From: a virus
IMG/VR virus record: IMGVR_UViG_3300050821_002231
Location: 1-64,000 of that record
Length of the DNA stretch: 64,000 nt
Direction: 5' to 3' (one strand)
Shown here: positions 31,820 to 41,312 of the stretch, piece after piece
Position numbering within the stretch: the first letter of the stretch is position 1
Layout: each line of letters begins with the position of its first letter
Program-made: the position numbers and the translations under genes
Notes under the pieces: generated by a model
Database searches by the model: none
Told to the model about the DNA's origin: nothing
What the model saw: only the letters and a program-made list of their open reading frames with translations

Positions 31820-32569
31820 ATGAATATCCCGGCAGAAATTATCCAGATCAAACTCGGAATCGAGCGCATTGAAACCGCAGTCAAAAGCATTCCAGACCTG
31901 GCCGACCTGCTGGCGCAACAGTCCTTGATCGTTGATCGCAGTCTCCGGTCCGTAGGGGCCGAAGTGCAACAGATGACTGAAGTGTTAGACAACGTAAGTC
32001 ATAAGATTGACGCTCAAGGTGAGCAGATCACGCAGTTGGTTCAATTGTTAACCCCCAAGCCCGCTGTAAGTGCAGTCGGCTCGGTAATCGCTCGCAACCC
32101 GCAGAGGGTAGACTCTGCAGAAACGGATGAGGATATGTTGAAATTCAAAGGACGTAAGCTTTCAGGTAAGCCAGCAAGTCGCAAGGCGGGCGCCGACGTA
32201 GAAATTCAGGACGACGGCACAGCGCTTTACACCGCAACCGCACTTGATTCAGACGGCAATCCGACGGCCTGGCCGGCAGGGGCAACGCTAACCGCTCCGG
32301 TCGTTACCGATCCTAGTACGGTCGCAGGCGGACCCTTTTGGGCAGTGACGCCGAACACGGCAGACGCAACGGGCGCAAGCCTGATTGGAACGCCGCAGAA
32401 CGTGAGTCCGGCTCCGGCTGGCGCACTGCCTGATGTTGGAGTGGGCGTTTCGGTAACGGTGACGTTCCCGAACGTTGCGCCATTCAGCTTGACCTTCCCT
32501 CTGATTGATGTCATTACCGATCCGAACGCGGCCAGCGCAACCGGCGCAGTTGCAGTCGCCACAACCTAA
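31820..32569 (+). CDS. Hypothetical protein (coiled coil plus Ig-like P/T/A-rich C-terminus)
   Basis: AAGGA RBS, ORF ends before a terminator. Confidence 0.5.
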   Translation: MNIPAEIIQIKLGIERIETAVKSIPDLADLLAQQSLIVDRSLRSVGAEVQQMTEVLDNVSHKIDAQGEQITQLVQLLTPKPAVSAVGSVIARNPQRVDSAETDEDMLKFKGRKLSGKPASRKAGADVEIQDDGTALYTATALDSDGNPTAWPAGATLTAPVVTDPSTVAGGPFWAVTPNTADATGASLIGTPQNVSPAPAGALPDVGVGVSVTVTFPNVAPFSLTFPLIDVITDPNAASATGAVAVATT

Positions 32570-32601
32570 TCGCGGGCGCACTCTGAAACCCGAGAGAAAG
32601 T

Positions 32602-32634
32602 AGCCCGGCCTGAAAAGGTCGGGCTTTTGTTTTT
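32602..32634 (+). terminator. Rho-independent terminator
   Basis: agcccggcc-tgaaaa-ggtcgggct then T-rich tract. Confidence 0.75.
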
Positions 32635-32658
32635 CAACCCGAGAACAGGAGAAACTTT

Positions 32659-33459
32659 ATGGCAATCGTAATCAGTCCAAGCGGTCGTCGTTTTGACCGT
32701 AACAAACCGGACCCGCTGCCAGCACACAGAATGTTGAGTCGCGTTAGTCCAAGCTTGCCAAATGTAGCCGATCTGCGTACGTGGGACGGGCCAATTAAAC
32801 AGCAAGGGGACGAAGGATTTTGCACAGGAAACGCCGGAGCAGAAACTCGCGAATGGATCACTCGTAAATACTTTCCGTCGCTAGGCCCGCTGATTTTCAG
32901 CGCACAGTACACCTATGCGAAAGAATTAATCGCACAAGGAGACTTTCCGCAAGACGATGGAAGCGACGGCACGACGCTGTGCGGAACGCTGGTAGTCAAC
33001 GGATGCTGCGAAGAGTCTCTTTACCCATCCATACCCGGCAAGATTCTTAAGCCGACGCCAGAGCAAGATGCAAATGCGGCAAAGTACACGCTTGGTGCTT
33101 GGCATGGACTCACAGGATCGCGAGTCGCAATTAGTGTGCTCGGCGACCCCGTTCCTTGGCCCGTGATGATGGGGTTCGATGTAGCTGCATCGTTAGAATC
33201 GGATGAGGTTGCGGAGACCGGTATCTACAATCCAAAGCCCGAAGAAGAAATCATTGGAGGACACGAGGTTAAGGCTTCAGGTTACGACATAGGCCCGACT
33301 CCGACGATTCGACCAAAGAACTGTCCTCCAGCTATTCTCTATCAAAATTCCTGGGGGCCAAAATGGGGATTAAAGGGATATTTTTGGTGCGTTCTCTCTG
33401 TGCTTGATTTACCGGACACAGATCTTCGCATCGCCCACTCAGGGGGTCCCTGGAAGTAG
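32659..33459 (+). CDS. Papain-like C1 cysteine peptidase
   Basis: DLR...QG..GFC (Q/C), GGHEV (H), QNSWG..WG.KGYF (N). Confidence 0.9.
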   Translation: MAIVISPSGRRFDRNKPDPLPAHRMLSRVSPSLPNVADLRTWDGPIKQQGDEGFCTGNAGAETREWITRKYFPSLGPLIFSAQYTYAKELIAQGDFPQDDGSDGTTLCGTLVVNGCCEESLYPSIPGKILKPTPEQDANAAKYTLGAWHGLTGSRVAISVLGDPVPWPVMMGFDVAASLESDEVAETGIYNPKPEEEIIGGHEVKASGYDIGPTPTIRPKNCPPAILYQNSWGPKWGLKGYFWCVLSVLDLPDTDLRIAHSGGPWK

Positions 33460-33504
33460 AACAATGCGAGGCGGAATCTCTGGTTCCGCCTCGACATTTT
33501 CTCC

Positions 33505-33533
33505 TTGCAATCCCTCTCGCCATTCACTAGTAT
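33505..33533 (+). promoter_or_regulatory. Sigma70 promoter with ATTCACTAGTA box
   Basis: TTGCAA-17-TAGTAT. Confidence 0.75.
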
Positions 33534-33556
33534 TACGTATCCAACGAACGGCACGA

Positions 33557-35251
33557 ATGAAAACAGCAAGTGAGTCCGCGACCGTACTCCTCGGTTACGA
33601 GATACCGACCGGCGAACCGGTCTCAGTTCCAATCCGTCATACCGTTATCACTGGACGCACGCAAGAGTCAGGGAAGACCACGGCGCTCTCTGCGTTAATC
33701 TCTCGATCCAAACGTAAGGCTCTGGCATTCATCACGAAACGTTCTGAGAAAGCTTTTCCGTCCGGCACTGTCATCCCGCCATATTTTCAGGAGCGAACGG
33801 ATTGGCGCTTCGTGGAATCCATTCTAGAAGCGCAGATGCACGAGAAGATGAAGTATCAGCGTCAGTGGATTGTGAAAGTCACTGAAGGCGCGACATCTCT
33901 TGCAGAAGTAAACCGCAACATTCAGCGGCGCATGGCGAAAGTCGGACCGGACAGTTATGCAGGCGGAATGTATTTACTGCTGTCCGAATATTTCAAGTTG
34001 CTCTTGCCGGAACTCAGTCGTATTCGCTTGGTCAGTGAACGGTTGCATCTTTCGCCGGGGCTGAACTTGATGGACCTGCGCCCCTATCAAGACATGCAAC
34101 CGCTGGCAATCGCTTCCAGTATCGAAGCGGCATATCATCTTGACGATGTGACGGTATGCTTACCGGAAGCATGGGAATTCATTCCCGAAGAGCGCAACAC
34201 TCCGGTAAAGATGGCAGCGACCGCATTCATCAAGAAGGCTGCGGGTTCTGGAAACTTTCTCTGGATTGATTCTCAAGACTTGGCGTCAGTCGATAAAGGC
34301 GTATTAAAACAAGTTGGCGTCTGGATTTTGGGAGTGCAGGGCGAGATCAACGAGGTCAAGCACACCCTCGCGCAAGTAGCGTTACCGCCAAAGCAGAAGC
34401 CGAAGCCAGAAGAGATTCAGCAGTTGAGTGTAGGGCAATTTTATGTCTGCTACGGAACGGTGACCAAGAAGGTGTACGTGCAACCGGCGTGGATGGATTC
34501 GGAAACGGCCATTAAGATTGCACGGGGCGAGTTGCCTCATACCGCAGCAAACTTCCGAATTACCCTTGGGCCAGCACCGGAGCCGGTTGGCTACGCATGG
34601 TACGGTGGTCCAGATAAAGTGTTCGGCGGGATCACGAAAACGCAAAACATTTCCGAGTTGATGGCGCAGGAGGATACGAACGTGGATTATAAGGCAGAGT
34701 ATGAACTGACGGTGGTTAAGCTGCGTTCAGCCGATTCTGAGATTCAGGAACTGAGAACTAGGCTTGCCAATCTAGAGCGCCGTTCAGGTAATGCAAAGCC
34801 GGAATACTTAGAGCAACCGGACGACCGCATAGCACTTCCACCGAAAGCGGATAGTGCCGATGCGACCAAAGCGATTCGACTGGAGCATCATCCCGGTATG
34901 CCGCTAGACGATGTTTACGACTACATCTGCGAACGATTGAGAGTTGATAAACCACTGCTAGCTCTGGCGATGCAGGTTCCAGAGATTGAGGTCAGGCAAG
35001 AACGCAACGTTTTGGCGATGGACATGAAGTCCTTACCAGGGCGCGTGGCTGCGCTAATTGCGCGTGGCTTCTTCGACAAGCCGACCTCTCCGGCGGATAC
35101 AATCAAAGAGTTTACTCGGATCGGACAGCCGACTATTCATCCGCGATTGTCCGAGGCTTTTACGAAATTGACAGGGCTCGGTTTCCTGACCAAGGAAGAG
35201 AATGGATATCAGGCGGTCGAGGGGATGAAGGTTCGCATTATTGAAACATAG
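33557..35251 (+). CDS. HerA/DUF87-like P-loop ATPase with C-terminal winged helix
   Basis: H.VITG.TQESGKTT Walker A, PEAWEFIP (degenerate Walker B), DSQ; follows promoter 33505. Confidence 0.7.
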   Translation: MKTASESATVLLGYEIPTGEPVSVPIRHTVITGRTQESGKTTALSALISRSKRKALAFITKRSEKAFPSGTVIPPYFQERTDWRFVESILEAQMHEKMKYQRQWIVKVTEGATSLAEVNRNIQRRMAKVGPDSYAGGMYLLLSEYFKLLLPELSRIRLVSERLHLSPGLNLMDLRPYQDMQPLAIASSIEAAYHLDDVTVCLPEAWEFIPEERNTPVKMAATAFIKKAAGSGNFLWIDSQDLASVDKGVLKQVGVWILGVQGEINEVKHTLAQVALPPKQKPKPEEIQQLSVGQFYVCYGTVTKKVYVQPAWMDSETAIKIARGELPHTAANFRITLGPAPEPVGYAWYGGPDKVFGGITKTQNISELMAQEDTNVDYKAEYELTVVKLRSADSEIQELRTRLANLERRSGNAKPEYLEQPDDRIALPPKADSADATKAIRLEHHPGMPLDDVYDYICERLRVDKPLLALAMQVPEIEVRQERNVLAMDMKSLPGRVAALIARGFFDKPTSPADTIKEFTRIGQPTIHPRLSEAFTKLTGLGFLTKEENGYQAVEGMKVRIIET

Positions 35252-35932
35252 ATATTTCCCCAGCGCAAAAGGGGCCAGTTCTAGGGAAGCGGTGGAACTG
35301 GCCCCACTGTCAAGCAACAGTGAGGATAGAACTATGATGCGGCAACAATGGGAAAGCTTGGAACATCGCCTACGTACTTCGATGGAAGCCCACAATGAGG
35401 CGGTTGGATTCTTGGGGCGCAACTATGGCGTGACGTTCACCAAAGCCCAAGAGTGGCACAAGATTGAACGCGACGCCGCGAAGAGGCTTCTGGAATGGTT
35501 AGAAGATAGAACCCGCTCGCAGTCCATAGCCTTGGCGTTTGTGGGTCGCAAAGTTTCAGCATGAAATAGAAATTCAAAGTCTCCACCGGGTGGAGGGATT
35601 AGGAGAGGAAACAAATGAGACAATTCTTGATTGATCTACTGAAAGGGTTGGAGGCGTCAGTTCCGCCTCCGCCGAACTGTCATCATGCCATCACCTATGC
35701 GAAGCATGGCAGCGACGAGGATGGCTGGACTGACAAGTTGGCACTTCAGGTAAATCACAACCGCAAGTTCTATTGCTTCTTTCTTGAGGAAGACGATCTC
35801 CCTAACGATCCACAACGCATAATCGGAGAAGTTCAAAAGGCGTTGTCGTCGCCAGAGGTCATCGTAACTCTTCAGGAAGGCGTCGCACTCGGGCAGTACC
35901 TCAAAGAAACGATCTAGGGAGTTTAGGTATAG

Positions 35933-36520
35933 ATGGCTGAAAGGAGTAACGCCTTGGAGTTTTTCTCAAACCAAAAACGCAAGCTAACCTTGGTCGATGC
36001 TAAGATCAAGCGCAACTCGGAAGACGAGAAGCGCATCCGCCTCGACTTCGCCATGCCCTTAACCGGTCAGTCAGAAATAGGAATGCCGCAAGAGATTGGC
36101 GCGGCGATGCGGTACGTTGGAGAACTCAAGAACGGGGCGATTGAATCAAAGGTCGAAACGCTTCCGTTTCCGCAGACGATTCAGTTCTGGGCGACGGAGG
36201 CGTCAAAGCGGCCGATGTTCTCTGCAATCGCCGCAGTGGATCTGAAAGACCTTATCGTAACCAGGCCGAAGGTCTCTGAGACTGCGGACACGTCGGCAGT
36301 GGAGTTGGCTTTCCATGCGAATTTCCCATTCGATAAAAACATCTGGGATTTCGTGCCGGACTATCATGGGAAAGTCTTTTGGTGTACGTTTGAGCGAACG
36401 CAGATAGAGATTACGGATGTAGTTGCGGAAAAGGCTGGCGGCGCTGTGCAGAGCGTCCTCTCAATGCCAGAGGGAAAGAAAGGTCGGAGCGGGAAGGAAG
36501 CGGCAGCGGCGGACAAGTGA
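35933..36520 (+). CDS. Hypothetical protein
   Basis: 195-aa ORF. Confidence 0.6.
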   Translation: MAERSNALEFFSNQKRKLTLVDAKIKRNSEDEKRIRLDFAMPLTGQSEIGMPQEIGAAMRYVGELKNGAIESKVETLPFPQTIQFWATEASKRPMFSAIAAVDLKDLIVTRPKVSETADTSAVELAFHANFPFDKNIWDFVPDYHGKVFWCTFERTQIEITDVVAEKAGGAVQSVLSMPEGKKGRSGKEAAAADK

Positions 36521-36677
36521 GGCGCACGAAATCGGTAGACAAGCAGTGGGTAACGCTAGGGATTCAGCCTTGTCGGTACTTCATAGTCTGGTCGCTGAAG
36601 GACGGGATCATTCCACTGCCGGAGGACGGCAAGCCTCCGAAACCAGTGAGCAAGAAAAGTTCAAAGGCGAAGACGGG

Positions 36678-37109
36678 ATGAAGGCCCTTTCTCTAACTCA
36701 GCCTTGGGCGTCGGCGATTGCTCTTGGCATCAAGCAATGGGAGACGCGAAGTTGGCCCACGAGCTATCGCGGCGAGATTCTAATCCATGCATCCAAGGGC
36801 TTTCCGAAATGGGCCAAAGAGTTTGCACGTGACGAGTGCAGCGAACGGCGGATGATCTTCCTGGACCCGCCACTCGGTAAAATCCTTTGTCTCTGTGAAC
36901 TGACGGAATGCAGGCAGACGGATACTGTTGTAAACGAAATAAGCGAAACCGAAAGAGAGTGGGGCGATTACACTCCAGGCCGCTTCGCGTTCAAAATGGA
37001 AAATGTCAGGGTACTTACCGAGCCAGTGCCAGCGCGCGGCGCATTAGGACTTTGGATTGTCAGCCCGGACACCTTGACGGAAGTTGCAAGAAACCTGAAA
37101 GGAAAGTAA
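36678..37109 (+). CDS. ASCH domain protein
   Basis: MKALSLTQPWA..I..G.K..ETRSW.T.YRG.ILIHAS, P.PARG.LGLW. Confidence 0.9.
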   Translation: MKALSLTQPWASAIALGIKQWETRSWPTSYRGEILIHASKGFPKWAKEFARDECSERRMIFLDPPLGKILCLCELTECRQTDTVVNEISETEREWGDYTPGRFAFKMENVRVLTEPVPARGALGLWIVSPDTLTEVARNLKGK

Positions 37110-37171
37110 ATTTAGGGAACTATATAGTTAATTCCCTTGACAATCGTGCGGGAGTCAAGTACATTTAAGCC

Positions 37172-38095
37172 ATGAGCAAAAGCACAATATCTACCTTCCA
37201 GCTTTTCGAGATGTTCCCAGACGCGGAATCTGCCCGGCTTTTTCTGGAATCCCGCATCTGGTCTGAGGGCGTTACCTGCCCGTCCTGCAAGGCCAAAGAA
37301 AACATCACCACTCGCAAGGGTGGGTTCTATCGCTGCAACCCTTGCCAGCTTGATTTCACGATCCGTACAGGCACGATCTTCGAGCGCAGCCACATTCCTC
37401 TGCACAAATGGCTTTACGCCATGTACCTGCTCGTAACCGCTCGGAAGGGTATCTCTAGCCTGCAACTGGCAAAAGAGATTGGCGTCACGCAAAAGTCGGC
37501 ATGGTTCATGCTGCATCGGCTGAGAGAGGCTTGCGGTGGGCCGAAACTGACGAAGCTTAAGGGCATCGTGGAACTGGACGAGTGCTTCATCGGCGGCAAG
37601 GAACGCAACAAGCACGAGCACAAGAAACTCAAGGCTGGCCGTGGAAGCGTGGGCAAGACTGCCGTTCTCGGGATGCGTGAGCGCGGCACAGGTCGCACCT
37701 TCGCCGCAACCATGCCAGAGCGCAGCCTGCAAGAGGCTACGCAGCGCATCCATGACAACATCGAACTCGGCTCCCAACTCTACACCGATGAGCACCTGAT
37801 GTTCACGGGCCTTGACGGGCTGTTCTACCGTCACGATGCGGTCAATCATTCGGCTGGCGAGTACGCGGCTGGCCCTGCCCATACAAACGGAATTGAGAGC
37901 GTCTGGGCAGTCCTGAAACGCGGCTACTACGGCGTGTATCACAGCATGAGCGGCAAGCATCTTCGCCGCTATTTGGACGAGTTCACCTTCCGGCTGAACG
38001 AAGGCAACGTCAAGCGGCACAGTCTTGAGCGGCTGGATTCGATGATCGAAGCGGTCAGCGGGAAGCGCCTGACCTATGCGGGGTTGACGGCATGA
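37172..38095 (+). CDS. IS1595-family transposase
   Basis: CPSC..C..C zinc finger, HTH, VELDE, YTDE, VNHS, HTNGIES.W..LKR, YLDEF.FR.N. Confidence 0.92.
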   Translation: MSKSTISTFQLFEMFPDAESARLFLESRIWSEGVTCPSCKAKENITTRKGGFYRCNPCQLDFTIRTGTIFERSHIPLHKWLYAMYLLVTARKGISSLQLAKEIGVTQKSAWFMLHRLREACGGPKLTKLKGIVELDECFIGGKERNKHEHKKLKAGRGSVGKTAVLGMRERGTGRTFAATMPERSLQEATQRIHDNIELGSQLYTDEHLMFTGLDGLFYRHDAVNHSAGEYAAGPAHTNGIESVWAVLKRGYYGVYHSMSGKHLRRYLDEFTFRLNEGNVKRHSLERLDSMIEAVSGKRLTYAGLTA

Positions 38096-38455
38096 CCAGC
38101 ACGCTAGAGCAACGATGCCCCCGCTGTGATTCCACCTACTGCCTCTGCCGCCAGGTAGTCTGCTTAAAGTGTGGCGCGGAGGAACTGAGGGCACCCACGC
38201 GCAAGGTGATGCGTTGTCCCTGCGGTGGGCAGATGATCTCAAATCCGAGGGTCGGTTAGATGAAAACCTCCGATGCCGAATTTCGAGATTGGGAAGCGAA
38301 GCTGGCAGATCATGCCGAAAACAAACGCCTTCATGGGACGCCAGCCGAACGAGACTTTGCGGAAGCAACGCTTGGGGCAATCGCCGACGTAATTCTCGCG
38401 CACCGTCCAAAGTCAAGACAGCCCCAACCCAGAAAGCGAAAGAAGGCGAAGCGCC

Positions 38456-38923
38456 GTGCAACTGCGTAGGGCACAGCCGAGCGAGACCCGAAACCTGAAA
38501 GATTGGATTGCGGCCAATCACTACCTGCAATCGTGTCCCCCCGGTTTCGTGCATCTCTACGAGTTCACAGAGGGCAAAGAAGTCATCGGCGGAATGCTCA
38601 TCGGAAGGCCGTCCGCGAAGCAATATGATCCTGACAAAATCCTCCAGCTTCACCGCGTTTTCTTCATAGACGAGACAGCGCACTGTGTTGAGAGTCAGGG
38701 GCTTGCTATGATGCGCCGTTACGTGCGCGTGTGGATACCTCAGATTCGCGGCCTCCTGTCGTACTCTGATCCGAGTATCGGGCACGAGGGCACGATCTAC
38801 GATGCCGATATGTGGTGCCCCTTGGGGCTGACTGACGAGCCTTACGGCTACGGCTGGAAGTCCCGCAACGGGCGGCGAGATCAGCGCCCCAGCAAAAAGC
38901 AGCGATGGTTTAGAACGCCATGA
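38456..38923 (+). CDS. Mom-like GNAT-fold DNA adenine-modification protein (cargo)
   Basis: I.ANHYL, G....G.P, L.L.R, ES..L, LLSYSDPS.GHEGTIY.A..W motifs of the Mu Mom family. Confidence 0.75.
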   Translation: MQLRRAQPSETRNLKDWIAANHYLQSCPPGFVHLYEFTEGKEVIGGMLIGRPSAKQYDPDKILQLHRVFFIDETAHCVESQGLAMMRRYVRVWIPQIRGLLSYSDPSIGHEGTIYDADMWCPLGLTDEPYGYGWKSRNGRRDQRPSKKQRWFRTP

Positions 38924-38966
38924 CATATTTGAACTTAGGGAGTTATGTATATAGTTCCCTAAATTT

Positions 38967-39212
38967 ATGTATCAGCATGTCACCTTCGCCAACGTTTCCC
39001 AAATCATCATCGAACAACTCGGAGTGCCAGAGGAAGAGGTCACACCGAACGCCAAGTTCGTCGATGACTTGGGCGCAGACTCCTTGGACACGGTAGAACT
39101 GGTCATGGCATTCGAGGAAGCCTTTGATCTGGAGATATCGGACGAGGATGCAGAGAAGATTGTCACAGTCCAGGATGCGGTGGACTATCTCGCGGCGCGG
39201 AAAAAGAAGTGA
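38967..39212 (+). CDS. acpP: Acyl carrier protein
   Basis: IIIEQLGV...[38 protein letters not shown]; phosphopantetheine Ser intact. Confidence 0.95.
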   Translation: MYQHVTFANVSQIIIEQLGVPEEEVTPNAKFVDDLGADSLDTVELVMAFEEAFDLEISDEDAEKIVTVQDAVDYLAARKKK

Positions 39213-39470
39213 AGAGGCCTTGCGCTGAATGAAACTAGTGCTAAAAACTAAGGAGGATGCGGCATTTGTGAGAAGTCACATTTCCGAATTGTGCGCGCAA
39301 CTCCGAGGCCGTAAAGAGTACTACGCGATAATCGCGGCGAATGCGCTCGAAGAAATCGTAGTCTGCGTGGCCAAACCATGCACAGGTACAGTCACTATCG
39401 GCGCAGAGATAAAGCCTTGTTGTCTGACGGCTCCCCACGACCCTCCGTGCCTTGCTTCGCTGGGAATGCT

Positions 39471-39968
39471 ATGAACGATGATGTCGGAGAGTCCGTAAAG
39501 AAACGCAAACACGGTCGATTTCCGTACACGCGAATGAGCCTGGAATACATTAGGGCACAAGGCCGAATACCGGAGATCGTCGAAAGGTTGATCCCGACAG
39601 GCCAGTCCTTCCCGAAGCGTCACGACGCATGGGGCGTCTTCGATATTATGTGGGTTGATCCTGCGACAAAAGAAATGGGATTCGTCCAAACCACAAGCTG
39701 GCAGCAGCGGAGCGCCCACAAAAAGACAATCATCTCACTCTCGACAGAAGGCGATACGGCATTAGTGCTGCAAGTATTGCTTGCAAGGCGCGATACGCAC
39801 GTCGAACTCTACGGATGGCGCAAGGACGATCACAACAAGTGGGAAATCTCAGTGGAGCGATTGGAGTGCATCCACGAATTGCTCGGAGACCGCTTACAGT
39901 TTGTAGCAGTGGATGCGCCGAGCATGAAGGAAGTACGAGCCCAGGCGCGGGCGCGCGATGACTTTTGA
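39471..39968 (+). CDS. PD-(D/E)XK-like nuclease / Holliday junction resolvase-like
   Basis: VER...DAWG.FDI....FVQTT...E..GWRK. Confidence 0.55.
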   Translation: MNDDVGESVKKRKHGRFPYTRMSLEYIRAQGRIPEIVERLIPTGQSFPKRHDAWGVFDIMWVDPATKEMGFVQTTSWQQRSAHKKTIISLSTEGDTALVLQVLLARRDTHVELYGWRKDDHNKWEISVERLECIHELLGDRLQFVAVDAPSMKEVRAQARARDDF

Positions 39969-40341
39969 GAATGTTCTTGTGCTCTGTGCCTGCCAGTGAT
40001 ACAACCTTAGTCAATCCGTTAACGACTGCAAATGAACCGCACCGGGGGCGGCATCTCCACAGGGATGTCGCCCTTCGCAAAGCCCGCACAATGAAATTCG
40101 GTCGCTTCGATTCCGGCAACAAGAAACCCATCGAAACCTACGAGGGCGACCGTATTCAAGTTGATGGCGGGTATGTCAAAGTCTTGTGCAACCACGCCGA
40201 GTTCATGGAACCAGACGGCGGCAATGTGGTTGCTGCGTTCCATTTGAGCGAAGGACAGAGCGTCCGCATTGTTCCCGCCAGAGCAAAGCAGCGCAAGACG
40301 AAACGCAAGCCGTAGCCTCTAAGTAATCTTCGTAATTCCGC

Positions 40342-40370
40342 TTGACATCTCTATCGTGATTCACTAGTAT
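40342..40370 (+). promoter_or_regulatory. Promoter of the guide-array/tas operon with ATTCACTAGTA box
   Basis: TTGACA-17-TAGTAT. Confidence 0.82.
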
Positions 40371-40398
40371 TCCTCTTGTGAGTGCAAGCGCAACAAGA

Positions 40399-40450
40399 GT
40401 GCGGTCGGCCAATGCGCTCGTGAAATCCACGCAAAGCCTGCCGACCGCAC
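40399..40450 (+). ncRNA. TIGR-like stem-loop guide unit 1
   Basis: gtgcggtcgg-CCA-atgcgctcg-TGAAATCCA-cgcaaagcc-TG-ccgaccgcac (perfect 10-bp stem). Confidence 0.85.
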
Positions 40451-40471
40451 AGAGTTCTGAAGGAAAAACGA

Positions 40472-41020
40472 ATGAGTAAGACGGAATACGCAGCAGCGGC
40501 CTATGAAAAGTGGGCCGCTTGGAGAGAGTCAGGAAAAGAGCCGTCGCACGATAGGGCGATGAAGATCGTCCAGCGCGAATTAGGGAAAACGAATGGCTTG
40601 GGCGTTGAATATGCTGTTCCATGCGACGATGGCAGACCCGATGACCGCCTCTCATTCATCGTCTGGGATTTGACCGAGAACGGACGCGGAGCACTCGACT
40701 ACGACAAGCAAGACGGCTTCATCAAGAATCTGTTGGAGCAAGCCCGCATGATCGTAAGTGGAGTTTATGCGCGTGACTCAGTAAAGATCGGCGGGCGATG
40801 GAGCAGTTACCCGAGAACGATGCAAACCCCAAATCGCGGCAGAGTGAGGATTACGGATACGACCGCAGAGGAGCGGGAGATGGAGGCGGAGCGCATGATC
40901 CGCGTTGCGAAAGGAATGATTCTGCGATGGAAGGGTGTCGCTGGAATTGACTGGAAATTTATCCGTTCTGTGCTTTTGCGGTTGGCTCGCGAAGTCCGGA
41001 AGGAATGGAAGATAGCTTGA
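40472..41020 (+). CDS. Hypothetical protein embedded in the guide-RNA array
   Basis: AAGGA RBS; 182 aa; flanked on both sides by array units. Confidence 0.75.
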   Translation: MSKTEYAAAAYEKWAAWRESGKEPSHDRAMKIVQRELGKTNGLGVEYAVPCDDGRPDDRLSFIVWDLTENGRGALDYDKQDGFIKNLLEQARMIVSGVYARDSVKIGGRWSSYPRTMQTPNRGRVRITDTTAEEREMEAERMIRVAKGMILRWKGVAGIDWKFIRSVLLRLAREVRKEWKIA

Positions 41021-41022
41021 AA

Positions 41023-41292
41023 GGTTCGGCCACGCATGATGTGAAAACCACGGGAAATCTGCTGAACCAAGGGAGGGCGGTCCACACCAAAGGTGAGAAA
41101 CCACCTTTACCGTGACCGCCCTCAAGATAACAGTTTCGTCGCCGGTGAATAAGTGTAAACCATTAGTGTGCTGCGGCGACAAGGTTGGTGCGGACCATCC
41201 GCGGAGTGTAATCCAAAGTCCACTTGTCCGCACCGACCAAAGAACTTAGTCGGGCCAGGCTGCCATTGAAAACCACGATCATCATGCCCGAC
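41023..41292 (+). ncRNA. TIGR-like stem-loop array, five units upstream of tas
   Basis: Units 41023-41068, 41073-41123, 41136-41179, 41183-41238, 41249-41292; each is stem-CCA(CCG once)-N9-TG..CCA-N9-TG-stem. Confidence 0.9.
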
Positions 41293-41312
41293 AAGAGAAA
41301 GAAGGAACGAAG

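Larger units (their letters stand above)
37115..38959 (+). mobile_element. IS1595-family cargo element (1845 bp)
   Basis: TIRs GGGAACTATATAGTTAATTCCCT / AGGGAGTTATGTATATAGTTCCC; 8-bp TSD TAAATTTA at 37107-37114 and 38960-38967. Confidence 0.93.

Noticed and set aside
37112-38926. 604-aa minus-strand ORF
   Set aside because: Antisense shadow of the IS1595 transposase and its cargo genes, which have clear motifs on the + strand
41145-41171. Unit 4 spacers (rcB+A = gcacactaagtgaataag) resemble the promoter box TACTAGTGAAT
   Set aside because: The match needs an indel and several mismatches, so it may be chance; self-regulation is not supported
41023-41292. CRISPR array interpretation
   Set aside because: No identical 23-47 bp repeats, no approximately 30-nt spacers and no cas genes; conserved parts are only CCA, TG..CCA and TG
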